A DNA stretch of 64,000 nucleotides from Anaeromyxobacter sp. (GTDB lineage: Bacteria > Myxococcota > Myxococcia > Myxococcales > Anaeromyxobacteraceae): contig JASGJN010000013.1 in assembly GCA_049840735.1 (NCBI GenBank), positions 608,001 to 672,000 of the forward strand, in the 5' to 3' direction. Under the pieces are notes generated by a model that did not search any database, had not been told where the DNA came from, and worked only from the letters and a program-made list of their open reading frames with translations. Shown here piece after piece: positions 20,381 to 33,469 of this stretch (positions are counted from its first letter, which is position 1; each line of letters starts with the position of its first letter). The position numbers and the translations under genes are program-made.

Positions 20381-20429
20381 CCTTCGACTCCGCCCCGCCT
20401 GGCGGCGGGGCTACGCTCAGGCCGACCGG
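20381..20429 (+). repeat. REP-like element, third copy
   Basis: CCTTCGACTCC GCCCCGCC-TGGC-GGCGGGGC TACGCTCAG between convergent genes. Confidence 0.8.
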
Positions 20430-20457
20430 ATCCGGGTTGGCTGCGCTTGAGCTGTCG

Positions 20458-23295
<2,838 letters not shown>

Positions 23296-23554
23296 GGTCT
23301 GCTCGAGTCTCCGTTCGCGCGCAGGCTGTCTGTCTGCAAGCGGGCGTCCCCCTCCGCCAACAGGCATCCCCCCGCGCGCGTTCCGCGCGGTGGGATCCGG
23401 TCGTGCCGGAGGGCTTGCGCCCAGGAGCGGGGCTCCAGGGGGGCGCCGAGGCTATCCTCTCAGGTAACCACGCGCCAGATGAAATCAAACACGAGTCGGG
23501 CCGCGTACTTGGCCCGAATCTGGACGGGCCGCGGCCCTCCTTTACAATCAGGGG

Positions 23555-24200
23555 GTGCGGCGCCCCCTCCTGTCAGCCCTCTTGCTAGCCCCCTCCTGGC
23601 CGCGTGCGCGGGCGCGATGCCGGCGGTCCGGCAGGGGTACGACCCCGACCGCGCCGCTCGCCTGGCCGATCGTGCCGCAGGCTTTCTGGGGGAAAAAAAA
23701 GGGACCCTTCGAGGTGAACGGCACCCGCTACGCTGCCGACTGCTCCGGCTACGTGTCGGCGGTCTACGAGGCGGAGGAGATCCGCTCCGCGCCCTGATGG
23801 CCCGGGCCGCGCCGCGGGAGCGGTCCGGCGTGGCCGCCACCGTGGCGGCCGCCCGCGCCTACGGCGTGGTCTACGGGGGCGGCGGCGCCTGGCCTGCGCC
23901 AGGCGACCTGGTCTTCTTCCACGACACCTACGACCGGAACCGGAACGGCAAGCTGGACGACCCGCTCACCCACGTCGGCATCGTGGTCGAGGTTTTGGAC
24001 GGGACGGTCACGTTCCTCCACCGCAGCGGAAAGGGCGTGGTGAGGGCGGCGCTGACGCTCGACCGGCCCGACGTCTGGCGCACCGACGAGCGGCTGCTCA
24101 ACAGCCCGCTGCGCGACAAGGGCAAGGCGGTCCGCGGCGGGCCCTCGCTGGCGGGCGAGCTGTTCGCCGGCTACGGGCGGATGAATCGCGGCGAAGGTGC
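23555..24200 (+). CDS. NlpC/P60 (CHAP-like) lipoprotein, frameshifted
   Basis: Lipobox LAAC, DCSGYV, PGDLVFFHDTYDRN, LTHVGIV across frames; 3' end uncertain. Confidence 0.78.
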
Positions 24201-24207
24201 CGTCCCG

Positions 24208-25426
24208 CTAGCCGACCCCGGCGCTGGCCGGCGGCGGCGGCGGGAGGAGGAGCGTACCGTCGTCCGCGACGTCCACCGCGTCCGGTCCGAAGTCCTCGCG
24301 CGAGAGCGTCCGCAGGATGGGGATGACCTGCCGGTCGGGGTCCCAGCGCGGTCCGCCGGGCCGCTCCTGCTTGGCCGGGTAGACCTTCCCCGCCTGGAAG
24401 CTCCCGTCCGGCGCCACCGTCACCTGCAGCACCAGCGTGATGCCGCCGGGGCCGTTCAGGTTCATGCCGGCGTAGGTGGCGAAGTTGCCCAGCGAGTAGG
24501 CGATGAGGTGGCCGCGGTAGAGCTCCAGCCCGCGCACCACGTGCGGCCCGTGGCCGACGACCAGCGCGGCCCCGGCGTCGATGACGGTCCGCGCGAAGCG
24601 CCGCAGGTCACCCCGGCTCTCGCCGTAGAACTCCTCGGCGCCCGGCGGCACGCTGCCTGCTTGTCCGCGCCCTCGGCGCCGCCGTGGAAGGAGACCATCA
24701 CCAGGTCCGCCCGGCGGCGGGCCTCCGCCACCAGCGCCGCCGCGGCGGTGAGGTCGGTCAGATCGTTGGTGCCGCCGGACACCGAGAAGGCCACCACCGC
24801 CACCGCGCGCCGCGCACGTCCAGGTAGGCCACCTCGCCGATGGCGCCGGAGTAGCGGATGCCGTGGGAGTCCAGCGCGGCGCGGGTGGAGGCGCGCCCGG
24901 CGTCGCCGAAGTCGCCCACGTGGTTGTTGGCCACGCTCAGCACGTCGAAGCCGGCCTCCTTCAGCCAGCGGGCGTAGCGCACCGGCACGCGGAAGGCCCA
25001 GCAGCGGCCCGGCTTGGCGTTCTTGCACTTCTCCGAGGGGCCCTCGTCGAGGAGCGGTCCCTCCAGGTTGCCGAACGCGACGTCGGCGGCGGACAGGACC
25101 GGCGCGACCTCGCGCAGGATGCTGGCGCCGTCGTCCGGAGGCAGCAGCTTGCCCTTCGACTCGTCGGGGAAGGTGGTGCCCAGCATGATGTCGCCCACCG
25201 CCGCGAAGGTGATGGGGCCGGCCGCCTCCGCCCGGGACGGCGTGGCGGGGGCAGCGGTCCCCGCGGGCGCGGGCTCGGCGGCGGGGGCCGGAGCAGGTTC
25301 GGCGGGCGGGGACGCGGCCGCGGGGGATGCGGTCGGGGTCCCGTCGGGCGCGGCAGGCGCGGGGAGGTGGGCGCAGGCGGCGGACAGCGCCAGCAGCGCG
25401 GCGGCGAGCGGGAGGCGGAGCTTCAT
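24208..25426 (-). CDS. CapA family (PGA_cap) metallophosphatase-fold lipoprotein, frameshifted
   Basis: AVGDIMLG, GNLEGP, VANNHVGDFG, SFHGGAEG, VGHGPHV, YSLGNF. Confidence 0.9.
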
Positions 25427-25624
25427 GTGGGCGGTGGTAGCGCGAATCCGGCCGTGCGGCCAAGCGCGTCGGGGGCCTTGGCGGGGGTGGGCCTGCCAGC
25501 GGAGTTGGGTCGCGGGGGCCGCGGAGGTCCTGCCAGCGGAGCTGAGGCGCGGGGGCCCTGCCCCGCGCCTGCGGGCGTGCGGGCATGAGGAAGCGGGTAC
25601 GGGGCTGGGGACCGGGTGCCTGGA

Positions 25625-25662
25625 GGAGGGAGGTCGTGATGGAGGGAGGTCGTGATGGAGGG
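25625..25662. repeat. 16-bp tandem repeat GGAGGGAGGTCGTGAT (2 full copies + partial)
   Basis: Copies at 25625-25640 and 25641-25656, then GGAGGG. Confidence 0.85.
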
Positions 25663-25852
25663 CGGAGCGACTCCGAGCCCGTGACCATTTCCGCCCTTTT
25701 CAACTTGGGCGCGATGTCGTCTTGGGTTGGGCGTTTGCGCCAGTCAGCCAGGGGGACACGGCGAGCTCACGCGAACCTCTTCCCGTTCGAGCGGAGCAGG
25801 CTGAGGGGCTGTAACGTGGAGCCGGAGCCTGAGGGCTCCGGGAATTCGGGAG

Positions 25853-26770
25853 CTACTCCAGGATGAACTTCCGCGGGTTCTCGGGGATGCCGTTCACCCG
25901 CACCTCGTAGTGGAGGTGGGGGCCGGTCGAGCGCCCGGTGTTGCCGACGGCGCCCACCTTCTGGCCGCGCTGCACGCGGTCGCCCAGGTGCACCAGGATC
26001 TGGGCCAGGTGACCGTAGCGGGTCTTCACGCCGTAGCCATGGTCGATGACCAGCACGTTGCCGTAGCCGCCCTCGACCCCGGCGAAGACCACGGTGCCGT
26101 CGGAGGGCGCGAAGACTGGCTGGCCGTGCGGCGAGGCGATGTCGAGCCCCTGGTGCATCTTCCGCTCGGCCGTGTAAGGGTCCATGCGCGTGCCGAAGTC
26201 GGAGGTGACCCAGCCGCGCGTCGGCCAGATGGACGGGGTCGACGCCATCAGCGAGCGCTGGTCGTCGAAGTACTCCTGCAGCTCGCGGAGGCTCTGCTCC
26301 TGGCGAGAGGCCTCCGACTCGAGCGAGGTGAGCTTGCCCGGCAGGGCGGTGAGCTTCCCCTCCGCAGCCGGCGCCGGGCCAGGGATGGACGGGTCGGCCT
26401 CGGGATTTCCCACCGGTCCGATGGCCAGGTTCCGCTCCGGATCCTGCAGCTGGGTCACCGCGGTCCGGAGCTTGGCGTCGAACCGCTCCACCCGGTCGAG
26501 CGTGGCCGAGATGTGGGCCACCTTCTCCTGGACCACGAGGATCTGCGAGCGGAGCTGGTTGTTCTCCTCCTTGAGGGCGGCGTTCTCGGCCGTGGTCCCC
26601 AGGAGGGCCAGGTAGTGCACGAAGGTGACGAGCCCGATCAGCGCCACGCCAGCGACCACGTACCCCGAGTTGGCCAGCCAGCTGCGGCGGACGCGGAACT
26701 TCCGCACCGCCTGCGAGTGGTCGCTGACCACGATGACCGTGAACACCTGGCTCTTGGGCGGTGCGGCCAT
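25853..26770 (-). CDS. M23 family metallopeptidase with TM helix and coiled coil
   Basis: TPSIWPTRGWVTSDFG, HQGLDI, YGHL, STGPHLHYEV; start 26770 or 26797. Confidence 0.93.
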   Translation of the reverse strand: MAAPPKSQVFTVIVVSDHSQAVRKFRVRRSWLANSGYVVAGVALIGLVTFVHYLALLGTTAENAALKEENNQLRSQILVVQEKVAHISATLDRVERFDAKLRTAVTQLQDPERNLAIGPVGNPEADPSIPGPAPAAEGKLTALPGKLTSLESEASRQEQSLRELQEYFDDQRSLMASTPSIWPTRGWVTSDFGTRMDPYTAERKMHQGLDIASPHGQPVFAPSDGTVVFAGVEGGYGNVLVIDHGYGVKTRYGHLAQILVHLGDRVQRGQKVGAVGNTGRSTGPHLHYEVRVNGIPENPRKFILE

Positions 26771-27007
26771 CCGGTGGGCTCCGTGGACCAGACGCATGTC
26801 GCTGGAAAGCTAGCGATGGGCGCCGGCGGGATGAACAGCGCTCCCCACATGATCATGAGACGGGAGCGGCACCACGACGGGTAGCAGAGCCGCGACTTGG
26901 CTGTCAAGAAACGCAGAAATGACGCCAGCCTGCCCACGCTGACCGAGGGGCAGGTCGCCGCGCTGCGGGGCGCGCCTCGGAGGGCCTGCGCCAGGGCCCG
27001 GAGCGGC

Positions 27008-27793
27008 TCAGGCCGCCGCCGGCTCCACGTGCACCAGGACCACCGTGATGTTGTCGTCGCCGCCGCGCGCGTTGGCCAGGGCGATGAGCCGGTCGGGGGC
27101 CTCGTCCAGCGCCCCGGACTCCACCTCACGGAGAATCTCGGGATCTTCCACGAGGTTGGAGAGGCCGTCGCAGCAGATGACCAGGGTGTCGGAGGCCTGG
27201 AGCTCGAGCCCCATCAGATCGACCTGGACCTGCTGCTCGAACCCCACCGAGCGGGTGATGATGTTGCGGAAGCGGCTGTGCTTCGCCTCCTCCGCGCTGA
27301 TCGCCCCCGCCTTCAGCTGCTCATTGACCAGCGAGTGGTCCTCGGAGACCTGGTAGATGCGCCCGTCCCGCAGGAGGTAGCAGCGGCTGTCCCCGACATG
27401 GGCGATGTAGGCGGCCCGCCCATCGACCAGGGCCGCCGTGACGGTGGTGCCCATCCCAGCCAGGCCGGGATCGCCCTGGGCCGTCTCGAAGATGCGCGCG
27501 CAGGCCTCTTCGACCGCCACCCGCAGGAGGTCGGCCAGGGCCGTGTCCTCCACGCCGGCCGAGGAGGTGAAGATGGCCGGATCGCGCTCGCGCGCAGCCC
27601 GGACGGAGCCCTGGATGGTCTCCACGGCCAGCCGCGAAGCGGTACCGCCCCCGGCGTGACCACCCATTCCGTCGGCGACGATGAAAAGGCCGAGATCGCG
27701 GTCCACCAGGAACGCGTCCTCATTGTGGTCGCGCCGCTGCCCGACGTCCGTCGCGCCGCGCGCCTCGATCTTGAAACAGGCCTCTCCCGCCAC
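27008..27793 (-). CDS. PP2C-type Ser/Thr phosphatase (Stp1/IreP family)
   Basis: RDHNEDA, VADGMGGH, MGTT, HVGDSR, CCDGL, GGDDNIT. Confidence 0.95.
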   Translation of the reverse strand: MAGEACFKIEARGATDVGQRRDHNEDAFLVDRDLGLFIVADGMGGHAGGGTASRLAVETIQGSVRAARERDPAIFTSSAGVEDTALADLLRVAVEEACARIFETAQGDPGLAGMGTTVTAALVDGRAAYIAHVGDSRCYLLRDGRIYQVSEDHSLVNEQLKAGAISAEEAKHSRFRNIITRSVGFEQQVQVDLMGLELQASDTLVICCDGLSNLVEDPEILREVESGALDEAPDRLIALANARGGDDNITVVLVHVEPAAA

Positions 27794-27910
27794 GCGTCGA
27801 GCGTACCCTCGCCCTCGGTGAGGGGTCAACGCGTGGTTTCGCTTACCTGCACGCCCCACCTGCGGTTCGCCGCCGCCCCTCCGCACGCTCGTCCCCCCTG
27901 GCCGGCCAGC

Positions 27911-29737
27911 TCAGCTGGCCTTGGCGATGCGGCGCGGCGTCCCACGGCCTGCCGCCCGCCGCTCGCGACCGGCCGCCACCGCCGGCAGCCTCGCCGCCGA
28001 GATCAGGGCGGCGGCGTGCTCCAGCGCAGACGCGGTCACGGTCATGCCGGCCATCATCCGCGCCACCTCCCTTCGCCGGTCCTCCTCCCCGTCGAGCAGC
28101 GTCACCGCGGTGTGCGTCCGCCCGCCGGAGATGGCCTTCTCCACCCGATGGTGCCGGTCCGCGAAGGCCGCCACCTGCGGCAGGTGCGTGATGCAGATGA
28201 CCTGCCGGCCCTGCGAGACGTCGGAGAGGACGCGCCCCATGGCCTCGGCCACGGCGCCGCCGATGCCGGCGTCCACCTCGTCGAAGACGTAGGTGTCCAC
28301 CGGATCGCGCCGCGCCAGCGTCCGCTTCACGGCCAGCAGCAGGCGCGAGAGCTCGCCGCCGGAGGCGATCCGCGCCAGCGGGCGCAGCCCCTCGCCCGGG
28401 TTGGGGGCGATCAGGATCTCCGCCACCTCGGCGCCTCCGGGGCCGAGCAGCCGGCCGCCCGCCTCCAGCCCTCCCTCCGGCGGCCGCAGCGCCACCTCCA
28501 GCTTGCAGCGCCCCATGGCCAGCCCCGAGAGCTCGCGCTCGACCGCCTCGGCCAGCCGCCGGGCGGCGTCCGTCCGGAGGACGGTGAGCTGGTCGGCCAG
28601 CGCCCGCGCTTCGGCCCCCCGCGCCTCGATGGCCTGGGCCAGCTCCCCCAGCCGCTCGCCCCCGCCCGACAGCCGGGACAGCTCCTCGCGCATGGCCTCG
28701 CGCCGCTGCAGCGCCGCCTCGAGCCCGCCGTGCTTGCGCGACAGCGCCCGCAGCAGCTCCAGCCGGTCCTCCAGCTGGGCCAGCCGGTCCGGATCGCCGC
28801 CCACGCCGTCCGCGTACCGGCCCAGCTCGCGCCCGGCCTCGTCCAGCTCGACCGCGGCCGACCGGAGCAGCCCCAGCGGCGCCTCCAGCCGCCGATCCAG
28901 CAGCGACGCCTCGGCCAGCGCGCGCGCCGCCTGCCCCACCCGCTCCGAGGCGGAGCCCTCCTCGCCGTAGGCCAGCGCCTCCGCGGCGCGGGCGGCCTCG
29001 CGCAGCTTCTCCGCCGACGCCAGCACCCGGCGCTCGGCCTCGAGCGCCTCCACCTCGCCGGGGCGGGGATCGGCGGCGTCGAGCTCCTTGAGCTGGAAGG
29101 CCAGGTAGTCGGCACGCCGGGCCCGCTCGCCCTCGTCCGCAGCGAGCGAATCCCGCTCACGGACGAGGGCGGCGAGCGCCGCGTGCACCGCACGGTACCG
29201 GTCGAGGAGGGGGAGACCGGTCCCGTGCGGCACGACAGGGTCGTCGCCGGACAGGCCGGCGGCGAAGGCGTCGAGGAGCTCGAGGTGGACGGCGGGGTCG
29301 AGCAGGGAGACGTGCTCGTGCTGTCCGGAGATGTCGACGGCGCCCTTGAGCGCCCCCTCCAGCATGGAGACGGTGCAGAGCGCGCCGTTCACGAAGGCGC
29401 GGCCGCGCCCGCCGCGCGCCACCACGCGCCGCACCAGCACCTCGGCGGCGTCGGCGCGGGCCGCGGGCGGCTCCAGCACCGGCAGGCCGGCGGCCTCCAG
29501 CCGGCCCAGGATGGGATGGGGGACCGGCAGCTCGAAGAGCGCCTCCACCACCGCCTCGTCCGCGCCGTCGCGCAGGACGTCCGGCGTCATCCGCCCGCCC
29601 AGCACGAGGTGCAGGGCGTTCACCAGGATGGACTTGCCGGCGCCCGTCTCGCCGGTGAGGACGTTCAGCCCGGGGCCGAAACGGACCTCGACGGCGTCGA
29701 CCACCGCGAAGCCCGAGATGCGCAGTGAGGTGAGCAT
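27911..29737 (-). CDS. recN: DNA repair protein RecN
   Basis: LTGETGAGKS, ASGGELSR, FDEVDAGIGG, ITHLPQVA. Confidence 0.97.
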   Translation of the reverse strand: MLTSLRISGFAVVDAVEVRFGPGLNVLTGETGAGKSILVNALHLVLGGRMTPDVLRDGADEAVVEALFELPVPHPILGRLEAAGLPVLEPPAARADAAEVLVRRVVARGGRGRAFVNGALCTVSMLEGALKGAVDISGQHEHVSLLDPAVHLELLDAFAAGLSGDDPVVPHGTGLPLLDRYRAVHAALAALVRERDSLAADEGERARRADYLAFQLKELDAADPRPGEVEALEAERRVLASAEKLREAARAAEALAYGEEGSASERVGQAARALAEASLLDRRLEAPLGLLRSAAVELDEAGRELGRYADGVGGDPDRLAQLEDRLELLRALSRKHGGLEAALQRREAMREELSRLSGGGERLGELAQAIEARGAEARALADQLTVLRTDAARRLAEAVERELSGLAMGRCKLEVALRPPEGGLEAGGRLLGPGGAEVAEILIAPNPGEGLRPLARIASGGELSRLLLAVKRTLARRDPVDTYVFDEVDAGIGGAVAEAMGRVLSDVSQGRQVICITHLPQVAAFADRHHRVEKAISGGRTHTAVTLLDGEEDRRREVARMMAGMTVTASALEHAAALISAARLPAVAAGRERRAAGRGTPRRIAKAS

Positions 29738-29811
29738 GGGGCCATGATCCACGCACCCCTGACACTGCGCAAATTTTCAGTGGTAGCCCTGTTCAGGTCC
29801 GGCGGATCGGG

Positions 29812-30651
29812 TCACCGCTCCCCCCACCGGAGCTTCGCCCGGAGGATGCCGAAGAAGTCGATGCGCGGGTTGCGCACCAGCAGCACCCGGTTCTGCGACT
29901 GCTTCACCTGCAGCCGGTCCCCGCGCTCGAGCTTCAGCCCCTTCTGCCCGTCCAGCGTCAGGTACATCTCGCTGTCGTTGCGGATCCAGAGCTCGATGTT
30001 CTGGTCGTCCGGGACCACCAGCGGCCGCTGCGTGAGCGTGTGCGGGCAGATCGGCGCCAGGATCACGCCGCGCATGGTCGGGTACATGATGGGCCCGTTC
30101 GCGGCCAGGGCGTAGGCGGTCGAGCCGGTGGGCGTGGCCACGATGATGCCGTCGCCGCGCAGCGTGGAGACGAAGGTGCCGGAGCAGCGGATCTCGAGCT
30201 CCACCATGCGCGAGAGCGCGCCCTTGGCGATCACCGCGTCGTTCAGCACCTCGGTGTCCACCACGCGCTCGTGCGAGCCGGCGCGGTGCAGGTGCACCCG
30301 CAGCTTCATGCGATCAGAGACCCGCGCCTGCCCGCCCAGCACCGCCTCCAGCGCCGGGTAGAGCTCGCTCTGGGGCACCTCGGTCATGAAGCCGAGCTTG
30401 CCCATGTTGACGCCGAGGATGGGAGCGAGCCGGCCGCCCAGCACGCCGGCGGCGTGGATGAGCGTGCCGTCGCCGCCCAGCACGACCACCAGGTCGGCCT
30501 CGGCCGCGATGCGCGCCTCGTCGGTGAGCGGCTCCACGTCCCGCTCGCGCAGGTAGGTCTCGACCTGCTGCGCGGCGGCCGCGGCCTCCGGGCTCGACAC
30601 CTTGTGGACGATGCCGATCCGCTTCGGGACGGGGCAGAGCTGGCCATTCAT
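29812..30651 (-). CDS. nadK: NAD+ kinase
   Basis: GGDGT, LNDAV, DGIIVATPTGSTAY, PICPH; upstream of recN. Confidence 0.96.
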   Translation of the reverse strand: MNGQLCPVPKRIGIVHKVSSPEAAAAAQQVETYLRERDVEPLTDEARIAAEADLVVVLGGDGTLIHAAGVLGGRLAPILGVNMGKLGFMTEVPQSELYPALEAVLGGQARVSDRMKLRVHLHRAGSHERVVDTEVLNDAVIAKGALSRMVELEIRCSGTFVSTLRGDGIIVATPTGSTAYALAANGPIMYPTMRGVILAPICPHTLTQRPLVVPDDQNIELWIRNDSEMYLTLDGQKGLKLERGDRLQVKQSQNRVLLVRNPRIDFFGILRAKLRWGER

Positions 30652-30773
30652 CGGACGGGCATCATAGTACGGGGCCGGGCCCCCGTCCGCTCGGCCTGCC
30701 CGGGCGCGGGTGCGCGGCCGGGCCAGGCGATGGCCGGGGCCCCCGTCCGCGGTCCGGTCTATAAGGAACCCCC

Positions 30774-32078
30774 ATGGACCTCTTCGATCGCGCGCTGGCC
30801 GCGGACCCGTCCGGCAAGCCGCTCGCCGAGCGGATGCGCCCCCGCCGTCTGGAGGACTTCACCGGCCAGGAGCACGTGCTGGGGCCGGGCACGGGGCTGC
30901 GCCGCGCCATCGAGGCCGACCAGGTGCCGTCGCTCATCATCTGGGGGCCGCCGGGCACCGGGAAGACCACCCTGGCCCGCATCGTCGCGCAGCGCACCGG
31001 CGCCGAGTTCGTGCCCTTCAGCGCGGTCATGGGCGGCGTGAAGGAGATCCGCGAGATCGTCGCCGCCGCGCGCGACCGGCGCAAGATGCAGCGGCGCCGG
31101 ACCATCCTCTTCGTGGACGAGATCCACCGCTTCACCCGCGCCCAGCAGGACGCCTTCCTGCCCCACGTCGAGGACGGCACGGTGACGCTGATCGGCGCCA
31201 CCACCGAGAACCCGTCCTTCGAGGTGAACGCCGCGCTGGTCTCGCGCTGCCGGGTGGTGACGCTGCGGGCGCTCACCGAGGACGAGCTCGCGGCGCTGCT
31301 GGATCGCGCGGTGGCCGCGCCGGAGGGGCTGGCCGCGCAGGTGAGCCTGTCGCCCGAGGCGCGCGAGACGCTGGCGCGCCACAGCTACGGCGACGCGCGG
31401 CGGGCGCTCAACGCGCTCGACGTCGCGTCCGCCACGGCGCGGCTGGCGGGGCGGACCGAGGTCACGCAGGCCGACGCCGAGGAGGCGATGCAGGCCCGCA
31501 CGCTCAACTACGACAAGGCGGGCGAGGAGCACTACAACGTCGTCTCCGCGTTCATCAAGTCGATGCGCGGCTCGGACCCGGACGCCGCCGTCTACTACCT
31601 GGTGCGCATGCTGGAGGCCGGCGAGGACCCGCGCTTCCTGCTGCGCCGGATGGTGATCTTCGCCTCCGAGGACGTGGGCAACGCCGACCCGCAGGCGCTG
31701 CAGGTGGCGGTCTCGGCGCTGCAGGCGGTGGAGCTGGTGGGGCTGCCGGAGGGCGTGCTCCCCATGACCCAGGCGGTCATCTACCTGGCGCTGGCGCCCA
31801 AGTCCAACACCGCCATCGCCGCCTACGGCGCCGCCCGCCGGCTGGTGCGCGAGCGCGGCCCGCTGCCGGTGCCGATGAAGCTGCGCAACGCGCCCACCAA
31901 GCTGATGGAGGGGATGGGCTACGGCGCCGGCTACAAGTACCCGCACAACTTCGAGGGGCACTACGTGGCCGAGCGCTACCTGCCCGAGGCCATCCAGGGC
32001 GAGGAGATCGTGAAGCTCTCCGGGAGCGGCCTGGAGCAGCAGCTGGCGGAGCGGATGGTGGCGCTGAGGAACAAGTAG
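30774..32078 (+). CDS. rarA: Replication-associated recombination protein A
   Basis: PLAERMRP, WGPPGTGKTT, DEIHRF, ATTENPSF, SAFIKSMRGSD, ASEDVGNAD. Confidence 0.97.
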   Translation: MDLFDRALAADPSGKPLAERMRPRRLEDFTGQEHVLGPGTGLRRAIEADQVPSLIIWGPPGTGKTTLARIVAQRTGAEFVPFSAVMGGVKEIREIVAAARDRRKMQRRRTILFVDEIHRFTRAQQDAFLPHVEDGTVTLIGATTENPSFEVNAALVSRCRVVTLRALTEDELAALLDRAVAAPEGLAAQVSLSPEARETLARHSYGDARRALNALDVASATARLAGRTEVTQADAEEAMQARTLNYDKAGEEHYNVVSAFIKSMRGSDPDAAVYYLVRMLEAGEDPRFLLRRMVIFASEDVGNADPQALQVAVSALQAVELVGLPEGVLPMTQAVIYLALAPKSNTAIAAYGAARRLVRERGPLPVPMKLRNAPTKLMEGMGYGAGYKYPHNFEGHYVAERYLPEAIQGEEIVKLSGSGLEQQLAERMVALRNK

Positions 32079-32091
32079 CGGGCCGGGGCCG

Positions 32092-32769
32092 CTACCGCTT
32101 CGCCGCCCCCGCCCGCTCGTCCCGCGTGTTGACCACCACCGAGAGGTGGCTGTCCCGCACCAGGCTGGCCGGCGTGACGAGCTCCAGCTCGCGCGGCACG
32201 CGGCCGTAGCGGGCGGTCAGCTCCGGCTCGAGACCGCGGATGTTCAGGTCGCCCAGCTTCTCCAGGCGGCCCAGCTCCAGCCCGGCGCCGCGCTGGAAGG
32301 CCTTCACCACCAGCTCGGAGCAGTAGACGCGGTCGTCGCCCCAGCCGAAGAGCGGGTCGTACGGCGTCCCCAGGTGCCGGGTGGCCTCGGCGATGACCTT
32401 GATGCGCGCCGCCTCGTCCAGCCGCGCGCGCATCACCAGCACCCGCCGCCCCACGCCGCGGTTGCGGAAGGTGGCCCACGGGGTGCGGACCACGGTGGCC
32501 TCGGCCTCCAGCACGTAGATCCCGTCCGCCGCCACCTCCACCAGCCCCACGTGCGACCAGGGGCTGCCGGTGGCGCGCTGGATGGGGATCGACTGCGCCG
32601 AGCCCGACGTCTGGAAGACCAGGTCGCCGGAGCGCAGCGCCGGGGCGACCGGGCGCGGCCGCAGGGGCGCGGCGGGAGGCGTGGCGTGACCGCCCTCGGC
32701 CGCCCGTGTCGGGGCGGCCACGGTCAGGGTGAGGGCGAGGAGAGACACGGTGAGCGAACGTGGCGTCAT
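32092..32769 (-). CDS. YiiX/YebB permuted papain-like (C92) enzyme, secreted
   Basis: GDLVFQTS, WSHVGLV, YCSELV. Confidence 0.9.
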   Translation of the reverse strand: MTPRSLTVSLLALTLTVAAPTRAAEGGHATPPAAPLRPRPVAPALRSGDLVFQTSGSAQSIPIQRATGSPWSHVGLVEVAADGIYVLEAEATVVRTPWATFRNRGVGRRVLVMRARLDEAARIKVIAEATRHLGTPYDPLFGWGDDRVYCSELVVKAFQRGAGLELGRLEKLGDLNIRGLEPELTARYGRVPRELELVTPASLVRDSHLSVVVNTRDERAGAAKR

Positions 32770-32842
32770 GACGGAGGTCCCTGGAAGGCGCAGGGTACAT
32801 CAGCAACCTGCGTGCCTCCCGTCCCGGTGTTAGGGTTCGCGG

Positions 32843-33469
32843 GTGATCCTCTACCTGCACGGCTTCGGCTCCGGCCCTTCCTCCACCAAGGCGCGCTTCC
32901 TGACCCAGCGGTTCGCTGCCGCAGGGGTCCAGGTGGTGGCACCCGACCTGACCCCCGGCCCGGACGGCTTCGAGCGCTCCTCGCCCTCCTCCATGCTGGC
33001 CGTGGCGGAGCGGCTGCTGGCGGACGCCCCGCCTCCGCACGCCATCATCGGCTCGTCGCTGGGCGGCTACCTGGCCGCCGTGGCGGCCTCGCGCGACCCG
33101 TCCATCGAGAAGCTGGTGCTGATGGCGCCGGCCTTCCGGCTCTTCGAGCGCTGGAGCGCGAAGCTCACCGCCGCGGAGCGCGAGACCTGGCGCACCCAGG
33201 GGCGCGAGACCTGGCACTTCGCCACGAACCGCAACCGCCGGCTGGGCTGGCAGTTCCACGAGGACGCCGCCGCGTACCCGGCCTTCCCCGAGGTGCGGGT
33301 GCCCACGCTCTGCATCGCCGGGAAGCGCGACGACACCATCCCGCTGGCCGACGTGGCCGCCTTCGTGGCCCGCACCCCCACCGCCCGGCTCATCGAGGTG
33401 GACGACGGCCACGAGCTGGGCGACTCGCTCGAGCTGATCTTCGAGCAGGCGCGCCGCTTCCTGGCGTGA
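32843..33469 (+). CDS. YqiA/YcfP family alpha/beta hydrolase
   Basis: YLHGFGSGPSSTKA, GSSLGG, DDGH. Confidence 0.9.
   Translation: MILYLHGFGSGPSSTKARFLTQRFAAAGVQVVAPDLTPGPDGFERSSPSSMLAVAERLLADAPPPHAIIGSSLGGYLAAVAASRDPSIEKLVLMAPAFRLFERWSAKLTAAERETWRTQGRETWHFATNRNRRLGWQFHEDAAAYPAFPEVRVPTLCIAGKRDDTIPLADVAAFVARTPTARLIEVDDGHELGDSLELIFEQARRFLA

Noticed and set aside
23296..23554. SecM-like arrest peptide upstream of secA
   Set aside because: No convincing same-strand uORF with signal peptide or arrest motif; sequence quality here is poor
25625..25662. CRISPR array
   Set aside because: 16-bp tandem units without spacers; no cas genes. The REP-like copies are also not regularly spaced
25681..25760. 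c-di-GMP riboswitch
   Set aside because: Only loose GCAAA/GAAA words; I could not build the P2/P3 architecture
25585..25866. 93-aa plus-strand ORF in the intergenic region
   Set aside because: Atypical codon use, no RBS, crosses the tandem repeat and overlaps the M23 stop
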